A stretch of DNA of 59,357 bases, filler included, from Sphacelaria rigidula (Eukaryota): the NCBI GenBank assembly GCA_964200075.2. It is 9 parts of 9 records of this genome, joined end to end, with 100 filler letters (N's around TTAATTAATTAA, not from the genome) between each part and the next. Parts side by side here need not be neighbours in the genome. Positions count along the whole stretch, not along the records: positions 52,852 to 59,357 come from CAXNAA020019676.1; 8 more parts are not named here. One strand, written 5' to 3'. A program made the position numbers and the translations under genes. How positions within the stretch are numbered: position 1 is the stretch's first letter; each line of letters starts with the position of its first letter. Below are positions 52,752-59,357 of the stretch, in pieces. The notes beneath the pieces were generated by a model. It did no database searches and was not told the origin of the DNA. It saw nothing but the letters and a program-made list of their open reading frames with translations.

Positions 52752-53090
52752 NNNNNNNNNNNNNNNNNNNNNNNNNNNNNNNNNNNNNNNNNNNNTTAAT
52801 TAATTAANNNNNNNNNNNNNNNNNNNNNNNNNNNNNNNNNNNNNNNNNNNNACTTCCAGAGACAGCCACAGCTTTTACACTGCCTCATGGGTGTCTAACC
52901 AGGTCTCGTAGGGGTATGGGGGGAAGGTTTGATGACTAGGGATTGGTCTCGTAGTCAGGGTAGGGGCACCAGTGGAATAGGGAGCTGAGTCAGCCCTGGG
53001 CTAGGAGAGCGTGTTTTGCCAAATCCAGATCGAACAAGCTGAGTGATTTTGTTCACAAGTCAGAAACGCCTACTCATGGATATCGGGTGG

Positions 53091-53460
53091 GATGGGAGGG
53101 GGGCGTGTACTCATGATCATGCATGCCATAGTCATAAGACCATTGATGGGAGGGGGGGGGGGGGTACTCATGATCATGCATGCCATAGTCATGAGACCGT
53201 TGGCCTCGCATCCCTACAAAGCCGGGACGGAGCACGCCGGGTTTTCGCCGGACCAGGCTTGCACTCAATCACCAAGCGCCGTGGTGTGTTCGGCGAGTCG
53301 CATGAAGGGTGAGCTGCATCCTGCTAATATTGTTCGGCCCGAAGACTACTGATTATCTCGCATTTGGATGACAGCCAACAATGAGTTGCTTAATTCTGTG
53401 GTATCGCAACTTCCAGAGACAGCCACAGCTTTTACACTGCCTCATGGGAGGGGGGGGGGG
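53091..53460 (-). mobile_element. Two stacked family A insertions (~53105-53146 and ~53163-53447) at one target
   Basis: Target atgggagggggg occurs three times (53092-53103, 53146-53157, 53444-53455) and separates the two copies. Confidence 0.9.
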
Positions 53461-56400
53461 AGGGACAAGAGCAAAAAAGGGACGCTCGTGCTCTCTGCTG
53501 TATCAAAACGTACCACGTAAGCTTCACGTACATATATTGCACATTTTCACCTTTGAGGCGTCGAGGGGTGGTGCTTCAAATCCGCGCTCCCTGCTGCCTC
53601 CCGTACTTGACTCCCGGCTCCGGCACACCTCCTCTTTATGAGACACGCCCCCACCGTCGGGTTCTTGCAACGGCAGGCATGCGTGCAAATCGAGATGGTT
53701 GACCGCAAGCCAATGGTTGTGTGTTATGGAGAGGGACAACCCCTCGACGAGAGTGCGTGCTCCTCGGCCAGAGCCGGCAGTACCCCGAGTTCCGCGGGAC
53801 TCGGCCGCGCCTTGGTATTCGTTAACGATGACGGCGGCTAGGCCTTGCACGGCAGCTTCCATGTGAACAACCTGCTTGTGTCAGATGTCGCGCGTTGAGT
53901 GAAAGAACACGGGCGGGAATATGAATGCCACAGTACAGAAGGCGAAATTTCTGAAAAAAGGGTAAATTTCGTGTACGACGTGGCTTGGATTAACGCCCTT
54001 TTTTCACCCTGAAATTGAATACTTTTCACACGACTATTTATACCGACGTGGTCAGTATACATGGCTCCTCAGCAGGCGAACGGACACATTGCACCGTCGG
54101 CTCCGTCCGAGGATCATCTGCGCTGTGGCCGATGTCGGACGCAGCACAGCTAGGATAGATTGGTTATGCACATACCGATACACGCGTATGAATTAGCAGT
54201 GCTGGGGCCTGTTCATATTTGCAGCGCGGTCGTAATGCAAAGAACGGCACAACAAAAAGCGTGTGTATCGCACCATCGGCTGGGTGCGTACACACCTTTG
54301 GGACGGCAAGCCGTTGCCAGCGGTAGTATATTCCTCGTTCTCCTTCCAGCAGCAAGACATCGCTCTTCTGGGACATCGGAAACTCCACGAGAGCCAAGTG
54401 GGGTTGCGTTACCCACACACGCACATCAATGCTGCGCGGCAGTGCCGCCAAGGGATCGGCGTCTGCTGCCGCAGCCGTCTGTCGTCGATGCGAAAAAAAT
54501 CGAACAGCACAAGCGATATGTCAGCTATAAAAAAACATGCTCCATCTCGCTGCAAAGTCCAATCTGCAGTGCCGCAACTGACCTGCAACAGCTCCATCCC
54601 AACCTCCAACCTCCATCAACCCCACATTAAATCTCCAGATGACGGGGAGGACTATAGCTCACGACTCCACCCACTTCTCCCTTGCGACACTTGGTGGGAA
54701 TCACGCAGTTGGAAGAAACACGTACAGTGTACCCTTAGACCACCCGTGGTACACTTACCTCTCCGGCACCAACATTAGGTAGATTAGTGTCTGGGTTGGT
54801 CGGATCCAGCGCGCCGAGGTACCCGTAGAACGGACACCCGTATGCCTGAGCTCGGCGCAACGCAATATAAGAGGGGTGGGGTATAGAATTCGATAAGCTG
54901 CTGGCATGTACCTTAGAAACAGTTGTAAGTGATGAGCAAAAAGAAGAATTTCAGTTGCGCGGATAGGCCGACCATAGCTGTGTCGATACTTCGCGACGAA
55001 GGCAACGGTGAGAGAGCATGTGCACTGTAGTGGGTGACTTCGCCACCATGATCTGGTTCCAGGTGCTTTGCAAGAGAGCGCACCGAGGTGCAGTTTCACC
55101 TGAAGGAATGGAAGCGTGCGCACAGCTACCATGTTGCGTCATTTCGAAGAGTCTGCCAGTACGTGACGCCTGTGCAACGGTTGGTTTTGCGTACCGTGCT
55201 TACCTCTGACACGTGGTAGTAGGAAAATATGTCAACCAGAAGCCACACCACCGACATCTCTTTCGCCATGGCATCCACACCGTCCACGCCCACGTTTACG
55301 CAGATCCACTTGTCTGCCGAAGTCATGATCAGCGACACCTGTTTCCGCCCCCACACACATCCCGAGCAACGCCCCCAAAGGCGAGCCAACAGGCGAAACA
55401 AACAAAGGTTCTAGTGATACATCTGGACATCAAAGAGTGGTCTTTACAACTGGGTGGACAGGTAGATCTTACGCCGGATGGCAACGCCCAAAACACCTAC
55501 GCTCCCTATATGAAAACAACGCGTATCTCCGAATCAGAGCTCCTTCTACTATATACTGGAATCACATCGTATCCGATGTTCCGTATTACATCCATCCCTT
55601 GGCGTGATTACTCGGTAGTCACTGCAAGTGCTCACCTGCACAGGGAGCGGAAGCGGCATTCCCACCTCTCCCCCAGGCCGGTAGTACCCGAACGCATCGT
55701 CCACAAAACTCTGTTTGCAGGTGGCGGGCAACGCGTTCGCGAACTCCGGGTGTTGCGAAGCGTTTCGCTGTCTTGTCCTCTGTGTTCCACCTGTCTCCTC
55801 CCGATGTACTCTTCTGGCCGTCTCGGCATTGGAGCCCGAGAATGGGCCGGATGCCGTTTCCGGCAAAGGTCTGTCAGACGTTTTGGATCATGCGTAACGT
55901 CCACAGCAGTGTTTCTTTCATTGGTTCACAAACTGGGGGACGCGTTGGAGTATGACGCAAGCACAAAACACCGACTGACTTTCTCCAACTCCGAGCAGTG
56001 GCTTCACAGCTCAAAATTGATCAATTCCGCATTTGATCAACGTTGGATTAAAATGTTTACGGTTTGCGTCCAATACATGTCAAGGATGAATTGTGCGGTC
56101 AGTCACGCGCCGCGCTCCGATCGTCAAGCCGACGCATGAAGACAACTTTCGGCGGATTTTACTCAAACTCCAACCAGCAGTGTTCTGTTTCGGCTGCCCG
56201 GGGCGTGACGTCATGACTTGGAAGAAACAAAATTCGATCAAAGTCGAGGGCTTCGGGGAGTGCTGGTCCACCGTTCGATGTTAAAGTGGTATACATACAC
56301 CGGGGGAGAGATGGATTGATGCCCGAAGACTGCGGACTGATCCTTACGAAGGCCCCAAAAGTACAACGGGAAACATCGCATGCGTATGTGTTACGCATGG

Positions 56401-57476
56401 GAGTTCGGTACGTATCCGGCGCCACAAGTTACGTAGGATTTCACACCCAAGCCAGCAAACAGGTACTTTGCCTTCCCAGCCCTGCGACCGCCCTCATCGT
56501 TACGACGTGGAGCGTAAAACCCTCAGAGAACGCACCTGGGTACGAACGTTTTTCAAACGCGGTTATCTCGATAGATACGGTGATGTGCCACTCAACAGAT
56601 GCCTACACGACCTACCAACGACGCAACTTCCTGGAGGAAGACAGTGTCGGCCCCCTGGCACGCCCTTGGGTCCAGACGATGGGCACCGTTATTATCCACA
56701 CCTGAGAGGCCCCGCATGAAAAACCACGGGATATCGCGTCCGCAGCGGTTGCCTTGTATCCAACACCGCTACATCGCCCGTCGCAACGGAAAGCCGCAGG
56801 ACACCCAACCCGCCAGTAATGGACATGGTAGAGTTCACCAGTCGGATGCACGCCACGGGAATGCGAGCTCGCGGGTCCTGTTCGAGAGCGTTCCCGTTGG
56901 TAGCAAGAAGGCGGCGTCGTGGGCAGCACAGATTCATCAGGCGAGATGTTCGAACTTCCGCGGAGCAAAGTATGAGTGCTGCTGCAAACTAGCTTCGGGG
57001 TGGGCGTCTTACGCCTCAGGTCCGTCTCTTGGCGACGCACTTTGCAAGAATTTTGACAAGTGACGAGTGTCTCACCTCGAAGTAATTTCATTCTCTTGAG
57101 TCAACGCTCTTGTCTCTCTCGACGTTTTTTTATGAGGTACACAAGGACATATCGACGGCGTGACTCGCACGGCGAAGCCCGAAGAAAATTTCGCGGTGAG
57201 ACACATCCTCCACGATGATCACCCTCGGGGCTCTGTAACGAGCAAAAGTGGAGGAATGGCGCAAAACACTTACCTTCCAGTAATCCTCCATTGTTGCCTC
57301 TGTGCCTGGTTTATGCGGTGTCTGGGCCATCCACATACTAGCAGATCGTTCCGGGAAGTATCTGCCGCCAGTGGTTAACGGATGGTATGTATTAAACGTC
57401 GACGAGGGTAAACGCGAGAACAGAGTGGTACAGTAAAATATTGTCGGCGGGAATACTAACGCCCATATGATCCTGT

Positions 57477-57733
57477 GAGTGATGCTACGGTAGGGGTACA
57501 AAAATAATTTCTGAGGTTAGAATTGTTAGGAGCCCCTCATCTCATCCAAAACGCGACTCATGGAAATGTGCGAGAGTACGCCAGGATTACTATTCCAGTG
57601 TGCTGGGGATATAACGAATAAATCTGCAAATGGAGATGCCCTGGCCCATATACTTGTGCGTCTAGAATCGTGAGGAGCTCCTGAACCAGACAAAATTTCG
57701 CGAAAAAAGTGCACCCCTACCGTAGCATTGCTC
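57477..57733. mobile_element. ~257-bp MITE
   Basis: TIR gagtgatgctacggtaggggtaca versus reverse complement gagcaatgctacggtaggggtgca; second copy at 39409. Confidence 0.8.
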
Positions 57734-58499
57734 TACAATGCCTCCATACCATTGAAAAGGAACAACACTGGACTATGTCGTGGATACACAAAATTCAAAA
57801 TTTGACTTAACGCTAAGACAGCGACCCCCCCGCTCGAAGACTGAGTAAGACTATCCACTTTTTGTATTCAGAATCATTCCTTTGACACAAACCAAAACGC
57901 CTTTTCTACGGCGGAAGGGTCCGCGGGTGCATATAAGGCACATAGTTGTGAGAGTCATCACACAGGCGCCTGCACACAGTGCAGTAGTGCTGTGGGATCT
58001 GAAGAGCTGATATTATTGCATTACGCTGCATAACTGTGCACAACAGCAGTCTGTAGTGTTTTGTGCCGCAGCTCCACGTACCGTCTACAGCGTCCTAGAT
58101 CTTACAGTGTTGCACGTGTTGAGGGTACGCAACGTGCGTGTGTGGTTTTGCACCATGACTGCCGCTGCGAACACGCTTACAGCACGTGCCGCGCTCATCG
58201 GCGCAGCTTCACTTGGGCTAATGTTACCGAGAATGCTCACTGGGCAACATGATCCGCCGGCATTGAGTCCAGCACGTGTCGCGGTCATCGGCGCAATATC
58301 AATTGGGCGATTGGTACAGAGAATTCTCACTATGCAACACGATCCGCTGGCATTGAGTCACGGGCCGTACATTGTCCTACCCGCCGGCCGAGACCGAGAT
58401 CTTCAGGACAAATGAAAGCTCATTCGCCGACCGTCGTGCGTGGTGTCAACTATTTGAAGAGAGCAACCAGGAATGTGTAAACCCACGTTCCAGAGGTCC

Positions 58500-58581
58500 G
58501 GTATCTTAGACTCGAGGTTCCCGGTATATTCGAACGTGAAATTACTATGAAATATACCAGGAACCTCGAGTTTAAGACACC
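58500..58581. repeat. Short hairpin with ~31-bp arms
   Basis: ggtatcttagactcgaggttcccggtatatt ... aatataccaggaacctcgagtttaagacacc (3 differences). Confidence 0.85.
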
Positions 58582-58989
58582 TCTTCTAATTCCGAATCAT
58601 TTCGACATCCTTCATTTCCCGAAAGGATTTCTCCATCCACCCTGACGTTCATAACCTCCGAGTAGAGGGGGGAATATCGGAATAGCGGATGGTGCTTTCA
58701 CTTTCAAGACCAAAATATCGCCGTATCGCGACCGGAGCGTGCATTAGCACCTTCAGTTTATAATTACTGCGATTGTTATGCAGGTTCTCACGACCCATCC
58801 TCACCAATACCTGCTCCTCCAGATTTTCAAACCCCCTGTTCTCTGTTACCGATACTGCTGAAATAGAACGGGGTGGTCTCCCCGACGCTAATTTGCTCGA
58901 ATCTGCTTTTCGCTATGAACGTTTGATTGAGTGCAAATATGCAATTATTTCTGCGGGCAAGATGGCTGACACCATCACCATCGTTTATC

Positions 58990-59150
58990 ACGGTTCGGAC
59001 GAATCATCGCCAGTTCGAATCACCGAATCCACGCTTTTTGCAGGCCTGATTGCTCGAAAGAGAGAAAAATCTTGACCGCTAGTCCAAAAGGTCTCCATGC
59101 AAATTTCGCGTCATTCCACATGCCTGGGCAGTACGTATTCCGTGGTCCGT
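58990..59150 (-). repeat. Dispersed repeat family R1 copy (inverted)
   Basis: Reverse complement gives gcccaggcatgtggaatgacgcgaaa..agcggtcaag..ttcgagcaatcaggcct..gatgattcgtcc. Confidence 0.7.
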
Positions 59151-59357
59151 GGCGAAGGATAGGTAGTTTTATCTGTTGTATTATTTGAGAGTGCCTAGAC
59201 TGAGTTGGTCCTATGACTGATCAGATGTTGAGAGAGAGCGCTCATGGCAGCTCGGTAGCTGCCGTGAGCGGGATACTGTAGTCACACACACTCGACTACC
59301 AGTACCCGCACGTCCGCATCAATCTATCCGCACGTGTGCATGTTCACTCAGTGTACC

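Noticed and set aside
53524..53872. Possible minus-strand exon (AG at ~53873, GT at ~53550)
   Set aside because: Splice-like sites and an open frame exist, but there is no domain evidence or partner exon
55213..56139. Longest ORF (308 aa) as a gene
   Set aside because: No recognisable motif and a non-ATG start; the region may be decayed TE coding sequence but cannot be assigned

Overview
This is eukaryotic, repeat-rich, intron-containing DNA, not one locus. It is nine contigs (6507, 6507, 6507, then six of 6506 bp) joined by identical artificial 100-bp linkers (N44-TTAATTAATTAA-N44), so neighbouring contigs are probably not linked in the genome. Recognisable host genes are fragments: the last two exons of a light-dependent protochlorophyllide oxidoreductase (POR), two exons of a CCDC103-type dynein-attachment factor, and a glucokinase-like first coding exon. 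That combination, with kb-scale TE-filled introns, suggests a photosynthetic flagellate such as a brown alga (inference). Most of the rest is mobile DNA: degenerate non-LTR retrotransposon (LINE) pieces, an intron-containing BED-finger hAT-like transposase remnant, several MITEs/foldbacks with TIRs and 7-8 bp TSDs, and a ~62-bp tandem array. The most notable signal is a pair of non-LTR retroelement families. They share a 3' stem-loop and a GAGTAC(A/G) terminus, lack poly(A), insert into C/G-runs with target-site duplications, and stack into each other's tails. All family assignments are from motif recognition by eye; no searches were run.
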